From IMG/VR virus record IMGVR_UViG_3300033405_000002, positions 243,595 to 307,594 of that record: a stretch of DNA of 64,000 bases. One strand, given 5' to 3'. The first letter of the stretch is position 1; every line of letters begins with the position of its first letter. Below the pieces are notes generated by a model. It made no database searches and was not told the DNA's origin. It saw only the letters and a program-made list of their open reading frames with translations. The stretch comes from a virus (Duplodnaviria; Heunggongvirae; Uroviricota; Caudoviricetes). Below are positions 28,284 to 38,400 of the stretch, in pieces. The position numbers and the translations under genes were made by a program.

Positions 28284-28598
28284 ATGAGAAAAATTTATTC
28301 AAAGACGGCAGCCGGAGTTGGTGTTAGGAAAGAAGAGAACATCTTCCAGAAGAACCACTTCGCATCCGCGTCCCCGATTCCGCAAGATGTCCAGCGCTAC
28401 ATTGACCAGTTCTCAATGCACCGTATCGCTGGCAACGTCTACGAATGTCCGAGCACAAAGGATTTCTGGAAAGTGCAGGGCAACAAGATCGTGAAGCTCG
28501 TCGGTAACGAAGTGAACGCCGGGGAGTCCATTCCCGCCGCGCCGGATGACAAGCCAGCAGCTTTCTTGGCAAATATCCTTGACGACTTGGAGTTTTAA
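28284..28598 (+). CDS. Hypothetical protein with KTA motif
   Basis: 104 aa in a tightly packed operon; SKTAAG. Confidence 0.7.
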   Translation: MRKIYSKTAAGVGVRKEENIFQKNHFASASPIPQDVQRYIDQFSMHRIAGNVYECPSTKDFWKVQGNKIVKLVGNEVNAGESIPAAPDDKPAAFLANILDDLEF

Positions 28599-28600
28599 CT

Positions 28601-30460
28601 ATGGCAAAAAAGGAACATCAATACGACAGCATCATCGACGCTTTCCTCGCTGACCGTGAGCCGGATTGGAAGGCTTTGGACATGGAAGACGCCAAGAAGT
28701 CCGGCGATGAATGGATGGATCGCGCCCATGAGAATGTGGACACTGACTTCGAGGATGAAGTTGCGGAATCCGCGTCCAAGCACACGCCGATTTGGGGGCC
28801 GAAGAGTGGCTCCGAGATTTACGAGCAGCGCATCGCTGACAAAGAGAAGGCACAGCCGCGTCTCGGTTCAGTGACGGAGAACTGGCACAAGGATGCACGT
28901 CGCGACGAAGCCGCCTACAACACAGAGATGGGTGACAACGATCTTCTGATGGCGGAAGTGACGGAAGACCTCGCTAAGGCTGATCCGAAGTTCAAAGAGA
29001 ACAGCATCGGCGGTAAGGAAGTCTCCGACGCAGAAATTCTCAAGTACGTGAAAGACCTGCTCAACCAAGGCATGTCTCCGAAGAAGGTTGCGGAGAAGTT
29101 GGAGAAGCGTGCAGAGATTGAGTTGTTCAATCACCAGAGCGCTACTGATTATTTGCAGCGCAACGCTGGCTTGATTGGTTTGGCGTACCTTGAGCCGAAC
29201 ACTTACATGGACAAGAACTCGCCGACTTATGAGCACACGGCGAGCGCCAATGATTGCGTCAAGCAGAAGCAGGCTTGGGAACATGCGGGTATCAAGCCGC
29301 AGGCTAAGTCTGTGAAGCAGGTGTCGGCTTGCAAAGGCTGCGCGTACTTCAAGCAGAGCACCGCTGGTAAGACTTGCAATCTGTATCATCTTCCAGTTGT
29401 GGCGAACACACAGGAGTTGACGCAGATTGTGAACCACCTGACCCCCGGAGTGCCGACGAAGCAAAAGCACGCGGCATTGGTTGTTCTCGCGAATGGCGAC
29501 GGTAAGCGCGTTGAGCCAGTTGTGGCAAGCGCACAGACGAATTTGGTTAAGACCGCTGATGCACGCGTGAAGAACCAAGAGAAGCGTACCGCCAGCATGT
29601 TTGGCGATCCGCGAGAGCAGAAGACATTGTTCTCGTCTGAGCACGTGGCACGCCTGCATGACAAGGGCGTATCGCTTGAACAGATTTACAACTGGGCTGA
29701 TTCTAAGTTCGGAAGCATTGACACGAGTCTTGCGTTCCGTGGCTTTGTCCAGTCCTTCAAGAAGGACGCGAAGGGCCAGATTGTTCTTGCCAGTGCAGAC
29801 TGCAAGTTCTTGAACAGCATCGGTATTCGCAACGAGGCGTATAAGGATGGCGCGAAGTGCGCATCTTGCCCGTCTCACTTTGGGCGTACCACTAAGACGG
29901 CTTCGGCTGAATCGGATTGGGATTTGCCGGGTGCATCGCGTGTCGAACAGAAGTTTGCTTCGAAGACACCGGACGCTGTGCGTAACGCCAAGCCGGAACC
30001 GAAGGAAATTGTTGTGACAGCATCTAAGGTGCGCAAGCTGCATCAAGCCGGACACAGCGTCGAGAAGATTTACAACGGTGCGGCATCCAAGGTTGGTTCG
30101 GTGCAGGCTAAGAAAGCTGTAGCCGGATTCATCGAGGACATGAAGAAGCATCCCGGCAAGGTTGCCGTGTCTGAAAAAGACCGTGCATTCTTGATCGGCA
30201 AACTGGGCTTCAAGCCTGAAACAGTTCGTATGCTCGATCCGCAGCGCCGTCCTGTAACACAGGTTGTGGCTGCTGTGCCGGATGACCAGCAAGTTCTTTG
30301 GTATCCCGGTAAGACAGCGGGTGAGAAGAAAACCACAGACGGTCATGCGCTTCTTAACGAGTACGATCTGAGCAAGCCCGTTGAAGGGCCAGATATTGAC
30401 ACGAGCGGCCCAAAGCGTGATGACGTTGAGATGAACCCAACGTTTAAGATGGAGTTTTAA
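28601..30460 (+). CDS. Putative internal head protein with KxA motifs
   Basis: 619 aa; KTAD, RTAS, KTAS, KFAS, VTAS motifs; Cys clusters. Confidence 0.7.
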   Translation: MAKKEHQYDSIIDAFLADREPDWKALDMEDAKKSGDEWMDRAHENVDTDFEDEVAESASKHTPIWGPKSGSEIYEQRIADKEKAQPRLGSVTENWHKDARRDEAAYNTEMGDNDLLMAEVTEDLAKADPKFKENSIGGKEVSDAEILKYVKDLLNQGMSPKKVAEKLEKRAEIELFNHQSATDYLQRNAGLIGLAYLEPNTYMDKNSPTYEHTASANDCVKQKQAWEHAGIKPQAKSVKQVSACKGCAYFKQSTAGKTCNLYHLPVVANTQELTQIVNHLTPGVPTKQKHAALVVLANGDGKRVEPVVASAQTNLVKTADARVKNQEKRTASMFGDPREQKTLFSSEHVARLHDKGVSLEQIYNWADSKFGSIDTSLAFRGFVQSFKKDAKGQIVLASADCKFLNSIGIRNEAYKDGAKCASCPSHFGRTTKTASAESDWDLPGASRVEQKFASKTPDAVRNAKPEPKEIVVTASKVRKLHQAGHSVEKIYNGAASKVGSVQAKKAVAGFIEDMKKHPGKVAVSEKDRAFLIGKLGFKPETVRMLDPQRRPVTQVVAAVPDDQQVLWYPGKTAGEKKTTDGHALLNEYDLSKPVEGPDIDTSGPKRDDVEMNPTFKMEF

Positions 30461-30461
30461 C

Positions 30462-30965
30462 ATGGACGAGTACAAGATCAGAATCAACACGGATGGAGAA
30501 GTAAGCTCTGAAAGGGAAGTCTCCGACCGTGAACGTGAGTCCAAACTGGACTACATTCTGGAACTGATTAACGACCCAGAGACGCCTCCGGGCCCGATCA
30601 AGCGCCTTATCGCAGCCGAGATCGCAAGCGTCAACCGCTTGATGATTCGCTACGGCAACGACGTGAGCATTCTTGAAGGACTCAAGATCAAGGCTCTTTC
30701 GGAACAAGTCAAGGGTCTGCGCGAACTTGGCAAGGAAGTTATGGAAGCGGACGTAATCGGCCGCAAGGACATCCTGAATTGGGAAGGCAAGAAGTTTCGT
30801 TACGCCATCGACGAGTATCGTGAAGGCGCGAAGCAAGCCATGCGTGAAGCTGGGTTGGATGACAGCACGATGAACAGCGTGCTCAACCACTGGCGCGATA
30901 TTATGTCGGCGCGTGAGCAGGATATTCGCCGAGCGATTGACAAGATGGATAACACGAAGTCGTAA
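30462..30965 (+). CDS. Helical protein (possible terminase small subunit-like; unverified)
   Basis: 167 aa all-alpha; functional guess from size and character only. Confidence 0.3.
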   Translation: MDEYKIRINTDGEVSSEREVSDRERESKLDYILELINDPETPPGPIKRLIAAEIASVNRLMIRYGNDVSILEGLKIKALSEQVKGLRELGKEVMEADVIGRKDILNWEGKKFRYAIDEYREGAKQAMREAGLDDSTMNSVLNHWRDIMSAREQDIRRAIDKMDNTKS

Positions 30966-33900
30966 ATGGAGAAACCAATGGACAAGGTGCTCAAAACAGC
31001 CGGAGTTAGTGGCAACAGCGTAGCTGGCAAAAGCTATCAGATGTTTACCGTCAGCGAAGAGTTGCTGGCTAAGGTGGTCGAAGCGGTGCAGGCGGGCGAG
31101 AAGGAAGCTCGTAGCTCCGGTATCGTCCAGTCGTTCGAAGTCTTCTATCACGGCTTCCGTCAGAACATCGCAATCGGACGCATTTATATCGTCCCCGCAT
31201 CGGTCTGCTCTGACCGTAAGAATTTCCCTGTGGCTCTGCTCTACGGCGCGATTGTGCGCGTGTTCGGCACGGGCGGCGAGGAACTTGCCGACCTGATCGA
31301 AAAGAAGATCGGTGACAGCGAGTTCGACGAATACTCTCAAGCTGACTTTGATTCAATCAAGAAAGACTTGTTCGTGGATGAGACAACGGGCAAGGAAGCC
31401 AGCCTTATCGTTTACGCACCCATGTGGGAGAACAAGCGCGAGTTCATCGCGTTTCACTTCACCAAGGACAGCGAGAAGCTGAAGCACAACCTGCGTCACC
31501 AAGTCTTCTCCGCTTACTACGATCCGCGTGTATCCAGCGCGTTTGACGCGATGATGACGAACGTGAACACCACCAAGGTTGATGTCACTGACATCACCCC
31601 GAAGATTCCGTTCCCGTTCCTTTCTGAAAATTTGCTGAAAGAATACCCGAAGCTTATCAAGCAGGCGGGTGACAAGCGTCCGAAAGTTCTGCTCAACCAC
31701 AAGACCGCTGATGCGGTCACTAAGGAAGTTCTTGAGCCAGCCGAGATGGACGTGTTCGACTCACTCAATCAAGCTCTTGAGAACAGCTTGACCCCAAGCG
31801 TTGACAGTGCCGAAGAAGCAGGCTACAAGACCCCATCCACCAAGGATGACGTGCCTCGCGTAGCATCCATGACGAAGGTTTCCTACGTAGCGCACTGCCC
31901 CGGACACAAGAACTCCAAGGGCGAGTCCGCTGAATGGTGTGTGAAGTCTCACAAGGACGACCACATTATCTCCAGCCACAAGACTGAAGCAGAAGCTAAG
32001 CAGCATCTTCAGGACATGCACGCACACAGTGGCAGCAAGCAAGCCGCCGATGGCACGGTTGAGGAGAATCCGCAAGCGGCGCACGAAACCCCGGTTACGA
32101 ACGTTGGGCCGGGAACTGAAGCCGAGAAGTTGCAGAAGAACACCGTCCAAGGTATCAAGGACGGCCCGAAGGATGTTGGGCGCAGCGGTCAGCCGCCAAT
32201 TGGGATTCCGATTGACGAAACGGGTGTGCCTCGCCGCGAAGGTGAGAAGCAGCCCAAGGCGGCAAAGAGAACCAAGGGCATGATCCCGACGATGGACATT
32301 CGTCCTGAGATCGGCAAGAAGAACGACATGTCCAAGCTGGAGATGGACAGATTCAGGAACGGCGGATACGTGGAGCGTGAGCACCCGGAAGGCATTCGTC
32401 AGTTCTGCGCTGATTTAGGTAGCGACAAGCAAGCAGGCGACGCGCTTCGTGACCACGCCAAGCAGCTTCAAGCTGGCGGGTACGGTGACCAGCCGCTTGA
32501 GAAGTCGGCGACCGATAAGTGGGGAAATGCTAAGGTCTCGATCAACTTCCCGAAGAAGGCAGCCGACGACTTCACACGCGCCTACATCGAAGCCGCTCTT
32601 TGGTCTTCGACGGACAACTCTACGCCTAGCGGCGGCGAGTCTCTGGATAAGAACTACGGCCCGGAAGACATCGCGCCTGAGTCTCTGCGTGAGATCGGGC
32701 AAGTTTGTCAAGAGTTCCAGCGCGAGAACGCTGAGCTTCTTCAAGAAGCATATCAGCGTCCCGGCTATGGACGTAAGGGACAGTGGAGTTCCGAAGCTCA
32801 GGCAGGACATGACTTCTGGTTGAGCCGCAACGGTCACGGGACAGGTTTCTGGGATCGTCAAGCACTTGAAGAAGGTGGGCTTGGAGACAAGTTGCACGCA
32901 GCCGCGAAAGCTTACGGTGAGTCTGATCCGTACATTGGCGACAATGGAGAAATCTACTTCTACGAAGAGAGCGGCAAAGGCAAGCCGCCCGCAGAAGTTC
33001 AGGCGAGCTACGTAGCGAGCAAGATGGGCAAAATCGTGGACTCCGATTGGGGACATGAAGTTGCATCCGACGCGGCGAAGAAAGCACGTGCCAAGAAAGA
33101 ATCCAACCTTGATAAGTTCCGCAGCAAGGAAGCAGTGTCTCTGGACATTGACTCTATCTGGGACGAAATCACGGAAGACATGGGGCCAGCCCCGATCATC
33201 GAACTCGAACACAACCCGGACAACCCCGCACCTTCGAACACTGAAGAAGCTGGGCCGAGTTTTGGAACTGAAGGCGAGTCCGAGAGTGAAGCGCCGAGCG
33301 AAGAAAAGAAGCCATCCGTTGCGCCGCGTAAGCGTGACGTTGGCGATCTGCCGGAAGCGATGCGCAGTGACGAGCCAGAAGATGACAAGTCAATGACCGA
33401 CTCTGAAGCTGACGCACAGGAAGACAGCACGCCAGAAGATGAACCAAAATGGCACACGTCCGCTCATTTCGCGGATTTCGTGGACGAAGTTTACGAAGAC
33501 ACGAACAATGAAGACGAAGTTCCTGAAGGTTATCAGCGCGTGAATTGTGACCAGTGCGAGATGCTTTCGATCAACGGAATCCCCTGCCATGAGCAAGGGT
33601 GCCCGAACAGCAACTCCCGCTGGGATGCCGATTCACAGAGTTGGATCAAGCAGCGCGAATGCCGCGAATGCGGCGGGACCGTGGACGCAGATGATCCTTG
33701 CTGTAACGCACCGTTTGAAGAAGACGACGAGATCGTGACATTCGGTGACCAAGAGGAAGATGAGCACGAAGCATCGGCAAAGACAGCAAGCGGTCATCCG
33801 TATGACGTGTTTGTCAACGGTGTTTGGGCGAATCGTGTGTTCTACGATGAGCCAGACGCCGCAGATGATGTGAAGCGCAGCTTGATTAACCATGACGGTT

Positions 33901-35447
33901 ACTATCCGGGCATCGAAGTTGAGCCGGGTGGGGTGAACATCCCGCACGGTCAATGCTGGACGGAAGAAGAACTCCAGATGGGTCACCGCGACCGTCGCCG
34001 TCGCCGTGGTTCGAATAAGAACGCGGACACCGCTGACAACCCAGCCAACGAAAAGGGCGGGGAAGGCGCAATGGACCCGAAGACCAACAAGGACAAGGCT
34101 AAGACCGCTGATACAGCCGACAACGAGTATGACATCGACGCAGCGCCGAAGCCGAAGGACAAAGAGCTTGGTCAGTCTCCAACGGTAGAGTGCCACAAAA
34201 AGACCGATGAAAAAGGTCAAGTGTACGCAAGCAAGAAGAAGGCGGACACAGCCGACAACCCAGCAAACATGGCTGGCGGCGATGGCGCTATTGCAGTGAA
34301 GGATCGTGCAGTGGTTAAAGACACAAGCGGCCCGACGCCGGACAACACCAAGGCAGCTTCCAAGAAGAAGGCGGAAGCGGTCTCCGGCGACATCGCAGAA
34401 GCCAAGTCTGAAGTTGACTATTGCAAGTCCGAAGTTGCGGATGAGCCAAGAGCCACGGACACCGTGAACCCGGAGCACTTTGCTGGGTATGACGATGATT
34501 TGGTTTGCGAGATTTGTCCAAGCCCTGTTGGTGAAGACGTTGGCAAGCCCGGAATTACATGCAAGGGTTGCGGCATGACTCTGTGCAGCAAGGCGTGCCT
34601 TGACTCGCACTACAAGTCTTCACCGGAATGCGAACTTGAAGCCAAGAAGGTGAGCGCGGATGTTTCAGGCGACATGTCTGAAGCGAAGTCCGAACTCAAC
34701 TACAACAAGGCAGATATGGCAAACGAGCCACAAGCTACGCAAGTGACGGCTCCAGTTGACATGGAACAGAAAACGGCGGAAGACATCTCCGGCGATATGT
34801 CCGAAGCGTCATCCGAAGTTGACTACAACAAGTCGCAGATTGCAGACGAACCAGCGGCGGAAGACACGGTTAACCCAGAACATTTCGCTGGCAGCAAGAA
34901 AGCTGACAAGGGCGTATGCAGTGAGTGCGGGAGACAGCGCACGCTTGGCCCGAACGGTATGTGCCATGAGTGCGAACAGAATGAGCGCGACAACCAAGGC
35001 GTGAAATCTTCTTCCAAGAAGAAGGCGCTAGGGCCGTGCATGTGCGGCGACACCAATTGCCCGTCCTGTGGAAGCGCGATGGGAACTTGGCCGCCAGCGG
35101 TATGTCCTCTCGATGGCAAACCCGCTGAAGATTGCACTGAGCACTTCGACGAGAACGGTGAAGTCCTTCCGCAGTTCGCGGAAGCGATGAAAGCCGCCGA
35201 AGAAGAATACATCGAGGCACAACGCAAGGCAGATCAGGGCTTGGCAGAATCAATTCAGGAAGACTCCCGCCTAGCGGAAGAATTCTGGAATGAGGAAGCA
35301 AAGGCTCAAGCAGAGCACGAGCACCGTGGTTCCAAAGAAGCAGCCGCAGGCGACGAGTTTCCAGAAGATGTGCAATTTGACTTCGGCGCAGGCGACCTAG
35401 CAGACATCGTGATGACTGAGGACGAAGACGCCGATGACACAAAGTAA
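30966..35447 (+). CDS. Large mosaic polyprotein with many KxA motifs and acidic peptide repeats
   Basis: 1493 aa; about 20 K-x-A motifs; AGHDFWLSRNGHGTGFWDR domain; Zn-binding modules; repeats DTADNPAN and SGDxxEAxSExDY. Confidence 0.8.
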   Translation: MEKPMDKVLKTAGVSGNSVAGKSYQMFTVSEELLAKVVEAVQAGEKEARSSGIVQSFEVFYHGFRQNIAIGRIYIVPASVCSDRKNFPVALLYGAIVRVFGTGGEELADLIEKKIGDSEFDEYSQADFDSIKKDLFVDETTGKEASLIVYAPMWENKREFIAFHFTKDSEKLKHNLRHQVFSAYYDPRVSSAFDAMMTNVNTTKVDVTDITPKIPFPFLSENLLKEYPKLIKQAGDKRPKVLLNHKTADAVTKEVLEPAEMDVFDSLNQALENSLTPSVDSAEEAGYKTPSTKDDVPRVASMTKVSYVAHCPGHKNSKGESAEWCVKSHKDDHIISSHKTEAEAKQHLQDMHAHSGSKQAADGTVEENPQAAHETPVTNVGPGTEAEKLQKNTVQGIKDGPKDVGRSGQPPIGIPIDETGVPRREGEKQPKAAKRTKGMIPTMDIRPEIGKKNDMSKLEMDRFRNGGYVEREHPEGIRQFCADLGSDKQAGDALRDHAKQLQAGGYGDQPLEKSATDKWGNAKVSINFPKKAADDFTRAYIEAALWSSTDNSTPSGGESLDKNYGPEDIAPESLREIGQVCQEFQRENAELLQEAYQRPGYGRKGQWSSEAQAGHDFWLSRNGHGTGFWDRQALEEGGLGDKLHAAAKAYGESDPYIGDNGEIYFYEESGKGKPPAEVQASYVASKMGKIVDSDWGHEVASDAAKKARAKKESNLDKFRSKEAVSLDIDSIWDEITEDMGPAPIIELEHNPDNPAPSNTEEAGPSFGTEGESESEAPSEEKKPSVAPRKRDVGDLPEAMRSDEPEDDKSMTDSEADAQEDSTPEDEPKWHTSAHFADFVDEVYEDTNNEDEVPEGYQRVNCDQCEMLSINGIPCHEQGCPNSNSRWDADSQSWIKQRECRECGGTVDADDPCCNAPFEEDDEIVTFGDQEEDEHEASAKTASGHPYDVFVNGVWANRVFYDEPDAADDVKRSLINHDGYYPGIEVEPGGVNIPHGQCWTEEELQMGHRDRRRRRGSNKNADTADNPANEKGGEGAMDPKTNKDKAKTADTADNEYDIDAAPKPKDKELGQSPTVECHKKTDEKGQVYASKKKADTADNPANMAGGDGAIAVKDRAVVKDTSGPTPDNTKAASKKKAEAVSGDIAEAKSEVDYCKSEVADEPRATDTVNPEHFAGYDDDLVCEICPSPVGEDVGKPGITCKGCGMTLCSKACLDSHYKSSPECELEAKKVSADVSGDMSEAKSELNYNKADMANEPQATQVTAPVDMEQKTAEDISGDMSEASSEVDYNKSQIADEPAAEDTVNPEHFAGSKKADKGVCSECGRQRTLGPNGMCHECEQNERDNQGVKSSSKKKALGPCMCGDTNCPSCGSAMGTWPPAVCPLDGKPAEDCTEHFDENGEVLPQFAEAMKAAEEEYIEAQRKADQGLAESIQEDSRLAEEFWNEEAKAQAEHEHRGSKEAAAGDEFPEDVQFDFGAGDLADIVMTEDEDADDTK

Positions 35448-38400
35448 GTACGCAATCAAGGGCATTCACGTTTTCTTCGGCGGCAAGCTACACACCGCCA
35501 AGGATTACGTCGATGCGTCCATGCAGTTCACTGGTTGGCGTGATGCGAACGGCTTAGGCGCGTCCGATCTGAGCGCCAAGGACGGCACAATCTACGTTGA
35601 CGGCGAAAAGAAAGCTCGTGTGTCATACAACGGGCGAATCTGGGACTTGGCAACGGGTTCCTCGATCAGCGCCAGCCTGCGCGACAAGTGCAATAAAATC
35701 AGCAAGATGAACCTGCCAAGGGCTATCGCCGAAATGGAGAAGCTGCTGGATCAGACCGGATCGCAAGAAGCACGCGATGCCGTCAACTACCTGCGCGAAA
35801 TGGCGGGCATGGAACCGCTGAAGTCAAAGCAGGAAAAGATTCCCGGCATGGGCGAGCCGAAAGCTCAGCCGAGCGGTGCTCTTGTTGTGGTGCCTGCTAA
35901 CGCATTGGTTATGCCGGACAATGCCGCTTGGACGAACCGCTTCAAGATCAAGTCCGAATCTTCAGATCGCATGTATACCATCGCCCAGAACAAGAAGGGA
36001 CGTTTCTGGGGTTGCGATTGTCCCGGCTGGGTTGGTCACGGTGGTCAACAGTGCAAGCACCTTCGTGCATTGGGACTTCCCGGTAACCGCAAGCCGTTTG
36101 AAGCATCGCTGAAACTCCCGGCTGGCGGCGGCGCGAAAGAAGAACCAAAAGAAGAGAAGCGCTACGAACAGCAGCGTGTGTTTACCAGACCGCCACAACA
36201 GGAGTCAGAAGGTGGACTAGCGGTAGTTCGCGTGCCGTCCGACTCTGAAATTATGCCGGACAACGCAAGCTGGACAAACCGTTTCCAGATCAAGTCCGAA
36301 ACATCTGATCGCCTCTATACAATCGCGCAGAATAAGCACCGCAAGTATTGGGCTTGTAGTTGCCCCGGCTGGATCGGGCACCGTAAGTGCAAGCACCTGA
36401 CTGCGCTTGGACTGCCGAACAAAGAACAGCCGTTCGAGGCAACATTGAAGCAAGGTAGCAAAAAGATGGGTGCAGGTAGCTGGCTCGATCCTGAAGGCAA
36501 ATTACCGCCAGCGCCAGACTATTTTAACCAGAACTACGAACGAGTAGGGGACAACAAAGCAAGATGCAAGCGCTGTGGCGAGGACGTTATTTGTAACATC
36601 GTTGGGCTAGGGGAGCACGACAGGATGGCTCACCCTAAGAAAACGAGTGCTGAACTTATGCACAGTGACAACGATTTGAATCTGAAAATGGAACCTGCTA
36701 CACCGACCAGCGCACCGCAAGTGCCGGGGCCGGAAGCTGGGCCGAGTAACGATGAGTTGCACGCCAGCGGACACGCAGAAAACGGCGAGAATGGTTCTCC
36801 GGTATTCGACGGCAAGATGAAGCACCCGGAGCGCCAAAACGTGAATGCAATCCGTGAAGCGCTTGAGACTCAGGTTGAGATGGAAGTTGGTAAGCCCATC
36901 CAGCAGAAGCAAGAAGAGATGGCGATTAAAGAAAAGGTTCAGGATGCGGCGATGGCAAAGGGTCTCGAACCCGGTCAAGTCGCACCGGGCGCGGCGGAAG
37001 TTACCGCCAAGCCGGGGACACAGATCATCATCAATGTGGCATCCGAGAATATCGAAGCTCCGTCCATCGGCGGTGAACACCAAGACGGTGCCACAGCCGG
37101 ACATGCTGGCGGTGCATTTGGAGGTACTGACTTGGAAGGCCCATCATTCCACGTAGGATTCGTGCTCAAGGGACACCACCGTGAAGTGTCGTTTTCGTCA
37201 CTCGCGGCGGCGGACAAGTTTGTTAAGGAAGCTACCACGAAGTTCAAGATCGCTGGCAACTGGACGATGAAGTGCCCATGGTGCGGCGGGCAAGCATCGA
37301 AAGACAAGCCAATGGACACGTGGAAGTGCGACTGCGGTTGGACTTCGGACAAAGACTCGAAGAAGGCGGACGGTCCTATCCCTATGCGCGATCAAAAGCA
37401 GGCGGCTGATGCCGATCCCGCAAAGCGCCAGCTTGTGCTCGAAATGCTCAAGCAGGGCCCAAAGACGACCGGAGAACTGGAAAAAGCCCTAGGCGGTGGT
37501 AAGTACACCAACTTAGCTTACCCGGTCATGCAGGCGCTCGCCCAAGAAGGCTTGGTCAAGCACAAGAAGATGCGCTGGGAACTCAAGCAAGCCAGTGAGA
37601 TGACTTGGCATGAAGCCAAGGAAGTGTTCGCTAAGAACGCAGGCTACCTCACCATTGATGAAGTGAAGAAGGCTGGTCAAGAGTACCTGAAGATGGTGCG
37701 CACCGCAGCTATCCGTGTGTCACAAGGACAGGACGATCAGGGATTCCACATGCTGGTTGATATGAACGGACGTGAATATGTTCTGCGTGGTCAAGATGCA
37801 GATGCGTTCCGCCGTGAGTATGCTGCGATCCCGAAGCCGGAAGCCGCAGTCAACAAGTTGGTTGAGAAATACCTGTGGAAGTTGCAGCCGTACAAAAAGC
37901 AACAGATTCAGCACCCAACGCCGGACAAAACCCGCGCTGAAGGCTTGGCTGATTCGGATGCTTACTGGTCTGGTCACGAAAAAGGCCCGAACGACTACAA
38001 ACGCTACATGACTCCGGGTGGTTGGGCGAAGGGTCAGCACGCATCGAAGAACGCGTACTACGATCCAGAAGGCGTTGAAGGCTACAGCAACTACAGCACG
38101 TACTACATGCACGTTCTGATGCACAACGAGCCGATGTCTGACAACATCATGCACCAATTGGTGGAGCACGCCATTGAAACTGGTGAGACCGCTGAGCAAC
38201 TCGGTCAAAAGTATCAGAAGTTTTTCAAGAAGCAGTTGCGCCAGATGAAGCGCGAGCACGACGAGAACGCGGCTGAAATCCGTCAAGATCGTGGTGCGCA
38301 CGAGCGCCGTCAGCTAACTGGCGAACCGTTGCCGTCCACAGGTGAGTATGCAAAGGACATGGCGAACGAGCTTTGGGACATGCGCCACGAAGTCGGTATG

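Noticed and set aside
28868-30544. 558-aa minus-strand ORF
   Set aside because: Antisense shadow of 28601-30460 caused by codon bias; no RBS or recognisable motifs. The same applies to 30444-31340, 33633-34610, 13415-14119, 44579-45355, 57833-58684 and 59591-60451.
30462-30965. Firm call as terminase small subunit
   Set aside because: Not adjacent to terL and no diagnostic motif; left as a low-confidence guess.
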